Shown here: in pieces, positions 29,101 through 38,116 of the stretch | Position numbering within the stretch: position 1 is the stretch's first letter | Layout: each line of letters begins with the position of its first letter | Assembly (NCBI GenBank): GCA_024278215.1 | Contig: JAJRTR010000191.1 | Coordinates: forward strand, 1 to 39,713 | Source: a bacterium | GTDB taxonomy: Bacteria > UBP15 > UBA6099 > JAJRTR01 | DNA length: 39,713 nucleotides | Direction of reading: 5' to 3' | Notes under the pieces: generated by a model | What the model saw: only the letters and a program-made list of their open reading frames with translations | What the model was told of the DNA's origin: nothing | Databases searched by the model: none | Translations under genes and position numbers: made by a program

Positions 29101-29481
29101 TTCTTCGGCATCGTCCGGGAACGTGAATATCTGATCTATTTTATCCTTGATGTCCTGAAAGACTTTCCGCGGGTCTCCGACATTCGTCTTCATATAGGCG
29201 GTTACCGAGCAGCCGCCTTCTCTCGAATTGCTGGTGATATAGTCGATGCCGGTAACGCTCTGGATGGCTTCCTCGATTTTTATCGTTACACCTTCTTCGA
29301 CTTCCTCCGCCGCCGCGCCGGGAAACACGACCGAGATATTCACGATGTCCAGCACCATGGTAGGGAATATCTCCCTGCGCGTTTGCATCGTAACCATCGC
29401 GCCCGCGATGATTATTCCGACGAAGATAATATTGACGACCATCGGGTTCCTGATCGAAGCTGATATCAGATTTCGCACCAT
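26146..29481 (-). CDS. RND efflux transporter permease (AcrB family)
   Basis: 1111 aa. FPGAAAEEVE, GILVDDAIVVSEN (TM4), FFPEVD, GIVINDSIV and RFRPIVLTTFTT. Confidence 0.95.
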   Translation of the reverse strand: MVRNLISASIRNPMVVNIIFVGIIIAGAMVTMQTRREIFPTMVLDIVNISVVFPGAAAEEVEEGVTIKIEEAIQSVTGIDYITSNSREGGCSVTAYMKTNVGDPRKVFQDIKDKIDQIFTFPDDAEEPNIQLMEHTSSVVAVAIYGDVDRLALKTLADDVREELLLLPDVSKVEEYGMLPREMVIELSEENMQRYGITFDEVTRAVRSYDLDVSGGTIKTDVEELNLRANGKNYRPEDLAEIVLRALPDGTKVYLRDVAEVKEVFEDVNYEFDYNGKPAAALMVMKTEQDDAIRIAEQVKKYVKEKQPELADGITIEYWGDLSKILNQRISLLVKNAKYGIALIFIILMVFLSFKLSFWVAAGLPVSVMGTILLMRTQDVTINMISLFAFITVLGILVDDAIVVSENVMQYIEKGLDPVEAAIEGTVEVMPAVVASVLTTMAAFAPFLFIEGVWGKFLFPIPVISIFGLLVSMFECFFILPAHLAHSLRPIEEQKNARGLFAALRRGTDNVIQSVIRRTYNPVIKMAIRFRWGVFAFGIAMFIISIGVVRSGIIKFVFFPEVDGDNISIVYTLEPGSSMKVQDAVAAQITGALDQLNKEFTQQRRELMKTRRGMKMYGAVGADQPIIKDEVTIKGGTTKGGANSSIGQVYIEMIDGEARGISSKKIAARWRELIGEVPGVLRMDINSNMGPPGVSDVEVQLRGDDMNEIMRAASLVKKKMREYPGVHEVQDNLNFGKREINMELKDRGKALGLTLADLISQVRSGFYGQEIHRVQRGREEIKVWVRYPESERNSIADFEAIKIRTREGFEVPLPEVARFSTSRQLRSISRFDRKREITVKCKTDGVTITPAELKSELRKAMPGMLLRVHGVTYSFEGQNRSQMQMMKSLGKWYLVALVAIFIIIALTFRNYLHSFMIMLLIPLGFVGALAGHLLVPYMNARIDRMDLTFLSIAGIVTLAGIVINDSIVMVHAIKRNLGKGNMTLDRAVYQGAVSRFRPIVLTTFTTSIGLMPLVLEQSLQAQFLIPMACSIAFGLLVATFFTQVWLPATFLILTDLKRLWYVAATGKLYSPTVIERNALPEGNFIKGIIPSWLVGLIVLVAVAVYLKVYIL

Positions 29482-29487
29482 AACTTT

Positions 29488-30912
29488 TCAATAACCTTTC
29501 GGTGTTGCGCCGTTTTCGATGGCAGGATGGGCATCTTCCGCCCGCGGCTCGCCGGACACTTTCTTTCCGTTCCTGCTTATCACGGCCACAGCCATACCCG
29601 GCACGGCTTCCTCCACCACTGAAGTAATCACCTGGTCGCCTGCTTCGAGCCCGCCCTTTATAACGACACGCTCGCCGCTTCTGCGCCACACATCGACATT
29701 TTTTATCTCGAGTTTGTTGTCCGGCCCGGCCAGGTAGACAGTGTCGTTCTCGCGCAGAGCCCTTCTCGGCACAGTCGTCACCCCCTCGAGCGTCTGACCC
29801 TTGAAAGTTACTTCGCAGAACATTCCAGGGCGCAGGAGCCGGTCGCCGTCGTCACGTACCTCCACCACAAGGTCCGCCATCCGCGTCTTCCGGTTAAGCG
29901 TCGAACTCATCCTCACAACTTTGCCCGGCCACACATAAGGCCGCCCCGCGTCGTTTTTCCATACAACCTCGACCGGCATCGGCGATGTCTCCAGGTCGCG
30001 CGAACCGATCCCCGGCGCCAGCGCGTGCCAGTCCGACAGCGACAGCGGCACAGGTATCTCATACACGGAAACATCCTGCACTCTGCACAGCGGCTGCCCC
30101 GCACCCACAAACTGTCCTTCTGTGATCCCACCGCACGACACGCGGCCTGTGAACGGCATCTTATATTCTGTTCTCGATAAACTCAGGTCCGCTTTCGCAA
30201 GCTGTGCGCGGGCGGACTCCAGTTGCGCCTCTATCCTTACGATGCCCGGATCAATCAGCTCGATATTGCTTTTGTATTGCTCTACAACCTGCTTCGCGCT
30301 CTGCTCGGACAGCAGCGTCCTGTTGAGTTCGGCTTCCGAGGCGGCCTTCTTCTCATAAAGCCTGCGGAGACGCTCGGATTCCTGGTTGCTTATCTCCCAC
30401 GTTTTTTTCGCCAGTGCGAGTTCCTTCCCCAGAGATGCTTTTCTATCTTTCTGGTAAGCGATCTCCGCTTCGGACGCCGCTATGCCCGCGAGAATCTGAT
30501 TCCTCGCTTCCACATAATCCGACTGCTCAATCCTGAACAGCACTTCGCCCCTGTCGACAAAGCCGCCTTCCCGGAATTCCGGATTCACATAAGTGAGCTT
30601 CCCGGAGACCTCCGGTATGATGTTGATTTCATTCTTCGCCGCCACGGTTCCATTACCTGTCACCGTCACCCGGTATTCGCCGACTGTGATGTCGGCCACC
30701 TGCACCTTGAGCATGCGCGGCACGACCGGCTTCCGCGGCGGCGGTTTTTTCATAGCCTCGAGCTTTATCATTATCACCACCCCGGTGACAATAATGACTG
30801 CCACAAGCACCACATTAAGTATTATCTGCAAAGCTTTCGCGCCACCGTCCTCGGTCGCCTTCCCGTCTTCCGCTTCCACGACTGTTGCAGTTTCTTTCGT
30901 ATCTTCACTCAT
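29488..30912 (-). CDS. RND periplasmic adaptor (membrane fusion protein)
   Basis: N-terminal TM; IIPEVSGK, long coiled coil, MPFTGRV, LRPGMF, VPRRAL and GLEAGDQVI. Confidence 0.93.
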   Translation of the reverse strand: MSEDTKETATVVEAEDGKATEDGGAKALQIILNVVLVAVIIVTGVVIMIKLEAMKKPPPRKPVVPRMLKVQVADITVGEYRVTVTGNGTVAAKNEINIIPEVSGKLTYVNPEFREGGFVDRGEVLFRIEQSDYVEARNQILAGIAASEAEIAYQKDRKASLGKELALAKKTWEISNQESERLRRLYEKKAASEAELNRTLLSEQSAKQVVEQYKSNIELIDPGIVRIEAQLESARAQLAKADLSLSRTEYKMPFTGRVSCGGITEGQFVGAGQPLCRVQDVSVYEIPVPLSLSDWHALAPGIGSRDLETSPMPVEVVWKNDAGRPYVWPGKVVRMSSTLNRKTRMADLVVEVRDDGDRLLRPGMFCEVTFKGQTLEGVTTVPRRALRENDTVYLAGPDNKLEIKNVDVWRRSGERVVIKGGLEAGDQVITSVVEEAVPGMAVAVISRNGKKVSGEPRAEDAHPAIENGATPKGY

Positions 30913-32192
30913 CAGTCCAGTTTGCCTCCAATCGCGAGTTCAAGTGCGTTTCTGTCAACGGCAAGGTCCGCTCGCGCTTTTATGAGATTGTGCCGCGCGC
31001 GGTTGAGACTGATCTCGGCATCCCGCACAGTGGTCACGATTATAAGTCCTTCTTTGTACCTTTCCGTCAAAATATCAAGGTTTCGTTCAGCGTCCGACAC
31101 GGTTTTCGCAAGTATCTCCATGCGTGTCGCGGCATTGCGAAGCTGGAAAAACGACGACCTGATATCCGAGCGCACCTGCCACTTGAAAACCTCGAATTTC
31201 GCCTCGGCGCCCAACTCCTGCGCTTCCGCCTGTGCTATCTTATGATTGCGCGCGCCGCCGTCCGACAGGCGCCAGTTCATCTGCCCTGTGAGAAGGCCGA
31301 TGTCCTTGTTGTGGTCGATATTCTTTATCGAACTTTCCTCGAGCCGGTACGTGTAACCGACTTGCAACGACGGCTTCTTAGAGCCCCTGGCCGCATCTGC
31401 GGATGCCCCCAGCGCTTCGACACGCACCCGCGATGCCAGCACATCGCGGCGCAGCGCCAGCGCCCGTTCATAGAGAGCGTCCAGGTCGACCTGCCCGATA
31501 TCCGCCGGGATATCCGGCATGTCGAGTTCCACGGTTTCGCCGACAGGCCTGTGCATAAGCCCTTCAAGCGCAAGCAGCGCTATGTCGAGCTGGAGCCTGT
31601 AGCCGGCTTTCGATATTCGCGCGCCGTCATAGGCATTTGCAAATGTGAGATAGTCGCTCTCCGGGATCAGGCCTTCCTCATACCTGACGCGGGCATCGCG
31701 CTTTAGTTGCGCGTAGTACTCCAGCGATGAAGTTTCCACTTCGAGAGCATTGCCCGCCACAAACGCCTGCAGAAAAGCCCTGTAGACCTGGTGGGCGAGA
31801 CTGCGACGGTAACGCGCAAGCTCGAACCTGCTCGCCTCCATATGCTTTCTCGACGCGTCGATCGAGGGTTGTCTCGCTGCATCGTAAAGACTGTAACTCA
31901 GGTTAAGTGTTTCCGTGAATTTGCTCGTAGCCGTACCCGGAATCAGCTTCTCGTCCAGATAGCGCGTGAGAGTAAGCTGGTTGTCGAGTGTGGGCATCCG
32001 GGCCGATTTCGCCTGTCCCAGAACCCGCTCGCTTTCCTGGATCGACGCCTGCAATTGCGCTATCGTCGGATTCTCCCGCAGCGCGGTATCCACCGCCTCA
32101 TCCAGAGTCAGCGAACTCCCCGGGGCCGCCCGCACCACAGACGATGCAAATACTAAAAAAAATATGGCCGCCGGCAAAAATTTCCTTTCCAT
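30912..32192 (-). CDS. TolC family outer membrane efflux protein
   Basis: Signal peptide; LTLDEAVDTALRENP, RYEEGL and ERYKEGL repeats. Lies in a TetR-OMF-MFP-RND operon. Confidence 0.9.
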   Translation of the reverse strand: MERKFLPAAIFFLVFASSVVRAAPGSSLTLDEAVDTALRENPTIAQLQASIQESERVLGQAKSARMPTLDNQLTLTRYLDEKLIPGTATSKFTETLNLSYSLYDAARQPSIDASRKHMEASRFELARYRRSLAHQVYRAFLQAFVAGNALEVETSSLEYYAQLKRDARVRYEEGLIPESDYLTFANAYDGARISKAGYRLQLDIALLALEGLMHRPVGETVELDMPDIPADIGQVDLDALYERALALRRDVLASRVRVEALGASADAARGSKKPSLQVGYTYRLEESSIKNIDHNKDIGLLTGQMNWRLSDGGARNHKIAQAEAQELGAEAKFEVFKWQVRSDIRSSFFQLRNAATRMEILAKTVSDAERNLDILTERYKEGLIIVTTVRDAEISLNRARHNLIKARADLAVDRNALELAIGGKLD

Positions 32193-32285
32193 TGTTCCCC
32201 CCCGCCTCATCTTCAAGTATTAGGCCCGTCCGTAACTTTGTTTCATTTGAGCCGATTGCAAAATTCCGGTTCCGCCGCCGCCGGC

Positions 32286-32903
32286 TTATTCCGTTTTCTT
32301 TCCGCGGATTCCGCCGCAAATAAATTTCCACGTGGATTTCCAGTTCTGCTTCCAGTCGAAATCAAGTTGCTCGAACGTGATAACCATCGAGGCTTTCTTC
32401 AGAGCCAGAAGCACGGCCGCAAGCTCCTGCGAATCGACATCGGCGCGGAATGCACCTTCCCGCTTGCCGGATTCGATCACTCCGACATACTTCGCCGTTA
32501 TCAGGGGAAAAACAGTCCGGAAGAACTTATCTCTTGTTTTTCGTGAAGACTCATTCTCCAGCAAAACAGGATGACTGCCCTTGAAAACATGATTCGTTCG
32601 CTCAAGGGTCGACTCGACATAGGAACAGAACATTTTATCAATCTTCTCCGGCGCGGGAATGTCCGAAGCGGCGATTTCATCCCATATCGCAATCCGTTCC
32701 CGCACATGGCGCAGCATCGCCTCCAGCAGAATCTCCTCTTTCGACTTGAAATGAAGATAAACCGCGCCCTTGGAAATCTCGGCATCCTCGGCAATCTCAT
32801 CTACTGTGGTTTTCTTGTAACCGAAGTACTCGAAGCGTTTAATCGCTGCTTCGAGAATCCGCTCCTTCTGGTCCCTGTGTTCATTATCCGCCAATGAATT
32901 CAC
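32286..32903 (-). CDS. TetR/AcrR family transcriptional regulator
   Basis: RILEAAIKRFEYFGYKKTTVDEIAEDAEISKGAVYLHFKSKEEI helix-turn-helix. GTG start. Confidence 0.93.
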   Translation of the reverse strand: MNSLADNEHRDQKERILEAAIKRFEYFGYKKTTVDEIAEDAEISKGAVYLHFKSKEEILLEAMLRHVRERIAIWDEIAASDIPAPEKIDKMFCSYVESTLERTNHVFKGSHPVLLENESSRKTRDKFFRTVFPLITAKYVGVIESGKREGAFRADVDSQELAAVLLALKKASMVITFEQLDFDWKQNWKSTWKFICGGIRGKKTE

Positions 32904-32916
32904 TTCCTAACGTGCC

Positions 32917-32991
32917 TGACTATTGACCGCTTGACAAAAATAGTCATTCGTAAACAGTCATTATTATGACGTCTCTATTCGTTCCTGTCAA
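32917..32991 (-). promoter_or_regulatory. Promoter and putative TetR operator(s) of the tetR-RND operon
   Basis: Minus strand TTGACA (32991-32986)-N17-CATAAT (32968-32963). Inverted repeats TGACTATT-N14-AATAGTCA (32917-32946) and TGAC-N7-GTCA (32932-32946). Confidence 0.6.
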
Positions 32992-33017
32992 TACACAAGT
33001 TTGAATAAAAACGGCAC

Positions 33018-33055
33018 GCATTGGGGTCAGCATTGGGGTCACAGCATTGGGGTCA
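33018..33055. repeat. Three near-tandem copies of GCATTGGGGTCA
   Basis: Exact 12-mers at 33018, 33030 and 33044. Confidence 0.8.
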
Positions 33056-33397
33056 GACCTAGAATTATGCACAGAGCGGAAGGGTAAGGGGCAGGGGCAG
33101 GACGTGAATTAAAATGCGTGCTATCAAGACTTCTTACGGGAATGGGGCGGAACAATGAACCGCAACGCACCGAGCGCGTCGGGATATTTCCGGTGCTTTT
33201 CGCGCGCCCGCATCGTCTCGTCGTTTCGTGCCCGCGCCGGTTCGTCCGGAGCGCAGGGCGTGGACGAGGTGCGGAAACTACTTTCGTACTTTCGGTCTCT
33301 GTGCTAATATATAGAGATTACAACTGTCTCAAGTTTTTGCAGCATTCATAACTCCAAATCCGAAATTTGGAAAAAGACCGGCGAGGAACTCCTACAA

Positions 33398-35548
33398 ATG
33401 GCGAACAAACCCAACAAAAAGATGGGCGAAAAAGTATCGCTCGGCTATGCGTGGTACGCACTGGGCGTACTGTTTTTCATTAATCTGGTCAATTATATAG
33501 ACAGACTTTCCATCGGGCCGGCGCTCGAACACATAAAACGTGATTTCCATATCTCCGACTCCCAGATAGGAATGATCGCCGGCTCGTTCATGCTCGTCTA
33601 CGCGATACTGTCGCTCCCCATGGGCTACCTTTCCGACAAGGGTAAACGCACACGTATCGTCGCTATCGGCGCTTTCGTCTGGAGCATCGCCACTACTTTG
33701 TCGGGATTCTGCCGGAGTTTCTGGGGCTTCTTTTTCGCGCGGGCGGCAGTGGGCAGCGGCGAAGGCATCTACGCGCCAAGCGGCACCGCCATTGTCGCGG
33801 ACTACTTTCCCAAACGGCTGCGCAACACCTCGATCGCCATTTTCATGTCCGCCATGATCCTGGGCGGCGCGCTGGCCTATATCGTCGCAGGCGTTATCCT
33901 CACAAAAACCGAAAGATTCAACATGCCGCGCGTCGCGCAGGTGCTTCTCGATGAGAATCAAACTGCCATCGACGGCTGGAAATTCATCGGCGACAGTGAA
34001 ACGGAAGACAGGTTCGCCCGATTTGATTTCGAAAACGAAGGCGGCGTGAAAGTGGCCGTTGTATTCAGCAGATTCAAGGAACCCAAAGAAGGCGAAAAAG
34101 ATACTGTCGAGTTTCGCAGTAAACTCTTCAACATCGACTATATCGTAAACGGAACCGACGATTTCGCGCAGGCGCCGGAAGCGGCGAAGGCGTTCGCACA
34201 GGCTCTGAACGCCCGGATACTCGAACGCGAGCCGCGCGGCCTTGAAAGAAGCGACGCCCCGCTTGCTGAGCTGCTGCACGCTTTCAGGCTCGGCAAAGAA
34301 GTCGGCGGCGAAAACGAATACGGGCGACCGGAATACCTGCTTGCCATGTCCGGCAAAACATCAAAGGCGAAAAAGGGGTCTTCCGCACGCCGGATGTGGA
34401 AAAACTTCATGGTGCTTCTTGGAAACAAGAAAAAAACTGTAAACAGCGCCGAAATGAACTCTGCGATTCTGGAAGAACAGAAAGCGATTCTCGCGCAATA
34501 TGGCGACAGACTGAGATATTATGAACATGAAGTCAAAGAGAACAAATCTAATTGGTTCACAAACTTCTTCCTGCATGGCGGGGACACGAAGGGGACGCTC
34601 GTCTTCTACGGCATCATGACTCACAAAGACAAACTAGCACTCGAGAAACTCACAGACAGCGAGCAGTTCTCCAAGAGTGTCGGTATTCTTGCCGCCGACT
34701 CGAAGTATTTCCATGTCAGGTCCGACAACTGGCGCTGGATATTCTGGATTCTGGGGCCTCCGGGGCTGTTGTTTGCGCTGTTTGCGTGGTTCCTCAAGGA
34801 GCCTCTCAAGGGAGGCAGCGAAGATTTCCTTTCGGAAGAAGAAGCCAAACGGGTCGAAGAAGCCGGAACGGTAAATTACTCGGTTCTGCTGAAAACCCCG
34901 TCCATAGTCTTCATGATATTATCCAACATACTCGCGACCTTCTGCGTCGGTGGTCTGAACACCTGGCTGTTTCCCTTCATCGAGCGCTACAAGGGGATAG
35001 ATTCCGCCGTGGCGGCGATGAAATTCGGCTGGATAGTCGTGATATTCGCCGTGCTCGGAGTCATATTCAGCGGCATCGCGGCCGATAAACTTCAGAAGAT
35101 AACGCCGCGCGGCAATAATATTATCATCGTCGCCGGGATACTTTTAAGCATAATCCCGATGTATGTGTTTCTCGATGCTGAAAATTACATTGTAATGGTC
35201 GGTGCTATATCGCTGACGATATTCTTCCTCACATGGATCAACGGCCCGATGAACGCGCTGCTGATGTCTCTTGTCGAGCCGCGCCTGCGTGCCATGCTCA
35301 ATGGCATCCACATCCTTCTTATTCACCTGCTGGGTGATGCGATTTCTCCGTTCATCATCGGCTACAACTCGGACAAAGTCAACCTGAAATACGCGCTCGC
35401 CATGCTACCGCTTTTCCTTGTGGTCGGCGCAGTCGGGTTCGCCATAGCCGCGATTTTTGTTCCAAAGGACTTGAAAGCCGTCGAAAAACGCATGAAGAAC
35501 ATCGCAGGCACCGGCGCAGGCTACATTACAACGCCCGCGGGACAATAG
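33398..35548 (+). CDS. MFS transporter (Spinster-like) with a large soluble insertion
   Basis: NYIDR, GYLSDKGKR (motif A), ARAAVGSGE, ADYFPKRLR, WRWIF and GIAADK; 716 aa. Confidence 0.9.
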   Translation: MANKPNKKMGEKVSLGYAWYALGVLFFINLVNYIDRLSIGPALEHIKRDFHISDSQIGMIAGSFMLVYAILSLPMGYLSDKGKRTRIVAIGAFVWSIATTLSGFCRSFWGFFFARAAVGSGEGIYAPSGTAIVADYFPKRLRNTSIAIFMSAMILGGALAYIVAGVILTKTERFNMPRVAQVLLDENQTAIDGWKFIGDSETEDRFARFDFENEGGVKVAVVFSRFKEPKEGEKDTVEFRSKLFNIDYIVNGTDDFAQAPEAAKAFAQALNARILEREPRGLERSDAPLAELLHAFRLGKEVGGENEYGRPEYLLAMSGKTSKAKKGSSARRMWKNFMVLLGNKKKTVNSAEMNSAILEEQKAILAQYGDRLRYYEHEVKENKSNWFTNFFLHGGDTKGTLVFYGIMTHKDKLALEKLTDSEQFSKSVGILAADSKYFHVRSDNWRWIFWILGPPGLLFALFAWFLKEPLKGGSEDFLSEEEAKRVEEAGTVNYSVLLKTPSIVFMILSNILATFCVGGLNTWLFPFIERYKGIDSAVAAMKFGWIVVIFAVLGVIFSGIAADKLQKITPRGNNIIIVAGILLSIIPMYVFLDAENYIVMVGAISLTIFFLTWINGPMNALLMSLVEPRLRAMLNGIHILLIHLLGDAISPFIIGYNSDKVNLKYALAMLPLFLVVGAVGFAIAAIFVPKDLKAVEKRMKNIAGTGAGYITTPAGQ

Positions 35549-35666
35549 GCCCTTACGACTGAAATGCTACACAGGATGGTAAAGAAATGCTGAAAATAGA
35601 TCGGTGAAAGCTGGATCTTCCAGTTACAGGCGTTTCCAAGGTAGACCTTTGTAACGATGAAACTCT

Positions 35667-35708
35667 GTGTGCCGTGCTCAAACTATAGACCGTGTGCCGT
35701 GCTCAAAC
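35667..35708. repeat. Two 17-bp direct repeats GTGTGCCGTGCTCAAAC
   Basis: Exact copies at 35667-35683 and 35692-35708. Confidence 0.8.
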
Positions 35709-35775
35709 CGCATTTGTTTGGGTACGAAAATGCGGCCTGTTTGGTTCCGGCTTTGCCGGATTAATGGAGAAAACC

Positions 35776-36654
35776 ATGCATCTCACAAAACTGCTCGAAT
35801 CAGAAGGCAAGGTATTATTCGACGGCGGCACCGGCACTCTGCTCGAAGAAATGGGCGCGCCCGCCGGGGGCGCCGCCTGCGTTGAAGCTCCCGATGCTGT
35901 CGAAAAAGTCGGGCGCATGTACGCCGATGCGGGCAGCAAGTGCATTGTCACCAACACGTTCTGCATGAACAGAATCTATATGGATAAACACTGCGCCGAA
36001 CTCGATGTAAAAGAAGTAAACACAAGAGGTGTTGAAATCGTGCGCAAGGCGGCCGGGGACAGGGCGGCGGTTCTGGGCGATATCGGTCCGACAGGTGAAA
36101 TGCTCAGTCCGCTCGGCACGGGCACCGAGGAGAGCTTCTACGCCGCGTTCCTCGAACAGGCCGCGACGCTCGCGGCGGCCGGCATCGATGGTTTCATCAT
36201 TGAAACGATGATCGATCTGAACGAAGCGCTGACGGCGGTGCGCGCATGCAGAGAGAATTTCGATCTGCCCGTTATCGCCACAATGACTTATGCGACCGAA
36301 ACAAAAGGCGGTCGCACCCAGATGGGTGATCGCGCGGCAGACTGCGCCGCCGCACTCGAAGCAGCGGGTTGCGCGGCAGTGGGCATGAACTGCGGTGACC
36401 TTACACCCGAGCAGATGGCTGTTGTCGTGGCCGAATATAAAGCGGCTTGCAGTATACCGATACTGGCCCAACCCAACGCCGGTATGCCCAGGCTCGACGG
36501 TGACAATACTGTTTTCGACATGTCGCCCGTCGACTTCGCGGCGGGAACGATCAAATGCGCCACTGCCGGCGCAAAGCTGCTCGGCGGCTGCTGCGGCACC
36601 ACTCCCGATCACATAAAAGCGCTGGGAGATGCTTTGCGAAGCTTGCAAAGCTGA
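35776..36654 (+). CDS. Homocysteine S-methyltransferase family protein (stand-alone MetH N-terminal domain)
   Basis: FDGGTGT, TNTF, GDIGPTG, IIETM, Zn ligands GMNC and GGCCGT, PNAGMP. ATG at 35776 has a GGAG RBS. Confidence 0.92.
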   Translation: MHLTKLLESEGKVLFDGGTGTLLEEMGAPAGGAACVEAPDAVEKVGRMYADAGSKCIVTNTFCMNRIYMDKHCAELDVKEVNTRGVEIVRKAAGDRAAVLGDIGPTGEMLSPLGTGTEESFYAAFLEQAATLAAAGIDGFIIETMIDLNEALTAVRACRENFDLPVIATMTYATETKGGRTQMGDRAADCAAALEAAGCAAVGMNCGDLTPEQMAVVVAEYKAACSIPILAQPNAGMPRLDGDNTVFDMSPVDFAAGTIKCATAGAKLLGGCCGTTPDHIKALGDALRSLQS

Positions 36655-36732
36655 ACCCGAACACAACGAGTCCCGACCCGCCGGTCCGCCGCCTTGTTGC
36701 AAATTATTGAAAAGTTAATTACGATAATTGTT

Positions 36733-37260
36733 ATGAAAAAACTTACATTTGTTCTATCAATTCTTTTTGTTGTAATAGTTGCCGGATGCACCGGCGCACG
36801 CAGACCAAGTGTGCCTCCGGGCACCGTGCGGACTGCCCCGGATGAAGTGGCGCAGCCCCCGGTGAAGGTCGCCGAATCACCCGCGGCGGCGGGCATAATC
36901 AAAGGCACTCTCCTCTTCGACGACTTCGCACGTGGCGGCGGCAATGTTTTCATCTATATCATCGACGAGATGAAAATGCCGCAGGAAATAAGTGTTATCG
37001 CTTCGACGATGATGCCGATGGAAGACATTAAAGCTAAAAATGTGCCGTTCACTCTCATGAATGTCCCGCCGGGCACATGGTCGGTAATCGCGATCTGGGA
37101 CATATCCCCCCCCTTCTGTATCGTGACGGAGGCATACTGCGAAGCCAGCGCGCGCGACGGCATAGGGCTTTCGGACCTTGTGAAAGTCGGTGCCGGCGAA
37201 ACTGTCGAACAGTATTCGATAGACGGTAGTAATCGACCTATCGTCATCCCCATATATTGA
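36733..37260 (+). CDS. Hypothetical lipoprotein
   Basis: MKKLTFVLSILFVVIVAG-C lipobox, Pro-rich linker and a beta-rich domain (NVPPGTWSVIAIWD). Confidence 0.75.
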   Translation: MKKLTFVLSILFVVIVAGCTGARRPSVPPGTVRTAPDEVAQPPVKVAESPAAAGIIKGTLLFDDFARGGGNVFIYIIDEMKMPQEISVIASTMMPMEDIKAKNVPFTLMNVPPGTWSVIAIWDISPPFCIVTEAYCEASARDGIGLSDLVKVGAGETVEQYSIDGSNRPIVIPIY

Positions 37261-37525
37261 AATTTTGCAACCATTCAAAGAAGGTCGAACAGGCAAAAAC
37301 AGCTTCAGTAACCTGTAGTTTTCTGCTTCTGTAGCATTTATTATTTTGCCCGGATTTCGCACAGAGAAATCCGGAAAATCGGGAGAAAACCCAAGGGCGA
37401 ATATCAAGGGGGAGTTCAGGTTTGACAGACCTGTAATCTATACACGAATATCTCTATGATTTTACAAGGAGATCATATAACAGCAGGAGATTTTCAGGCG
37501 GTGTAGACTTGTTTCGGCTTTCGCT

Positions 37526-37726
37526 TCACAGTTCTTCCGGTTCCGCACTTTCATCTTCGACCGGCGCTATCGGGTTTCCTTCATCGTCATATTCCACGAA
37601 ATCGGCATCCTCTTCGTTTCGATTTTTCTTGTCGAAGCGCCGCTGTCGTTTTTCTTCCTGTTTTCTTCTTCGTTTCTCTTCTTTCCTTCGTTTTTCGAAG
37701 GATTGTCTGTTCTTTTTACTTGCCAA
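37526..37726 (-). CDS. Small basic/acidic protein (66 aa) resembling the N-terminal extension of long cold-shock proteins
   Basis: TTG start with AGGAG RBS; SFEKRRKEEKRRRKQEEKRQRR followed by VEYDDEGNP. Confidence 0.7.
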   Translation of the reverse strand: MASKKNRQSFEKRRKEEKRRRKQEEKRQRRFDKKNRNEEDADFVEYDDEGNPIAPVEDESAEPEEL

Positions 37727-38116
37727 TAGTTTAACTCCTGCTACTTTTTTTATTGCTGCATCCTTTTACAATGGTCATTAACAAAATGTATCCGTATAAA
37801 ATGTACACGTAATATCATCTTATCAACAACCATTCCCTGAACTATATCACTCATAATGAGCCAATACAATAAAACTGCACAATTCATCGGTAGAATCCGG
37901 CGACACTGCGATACGGACTGTTTTTCGCGTATTTGTTATACGACTGGTGTCATGTCATGCCTGTAATATCGCAAGAAGGGCGCGGTCACCGTCCCGCGCC
38001 TGAGCATATTTCTCGCGAAAACGGTTTTGACAGGCACAAGTTGAGGCGGGCCGCGGTGCTCCCGAGGAGGAAGAAGCAGGTTTTATGTCGACAATAGACA
38101 CAGCCGGGGCCGAATC

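Noticed and set aside
30223-31706. Long + strand ORFs (340 and 273 aa), and similar ones at 6439-7287, 20312-21223, 33392-34279 and 35815-36702
   Set aside because: They are antisense shadows of well-supported genes in GC-rich DNA and have no protein motifs.
33018-35708. CRISPR arrays at the 12-bp (33018) and 17-bp (35667) repeats
   Set aside because: Repeats are too short and too few, spacers are 0-8 bp, and no cas genes are present.
37350-37374. Intrinsic terminator between the convergent lipoprotein and small-protein genes
   Set aside because: A 9-bp hairpin is present, but neither strand has a U-tract directly after it.
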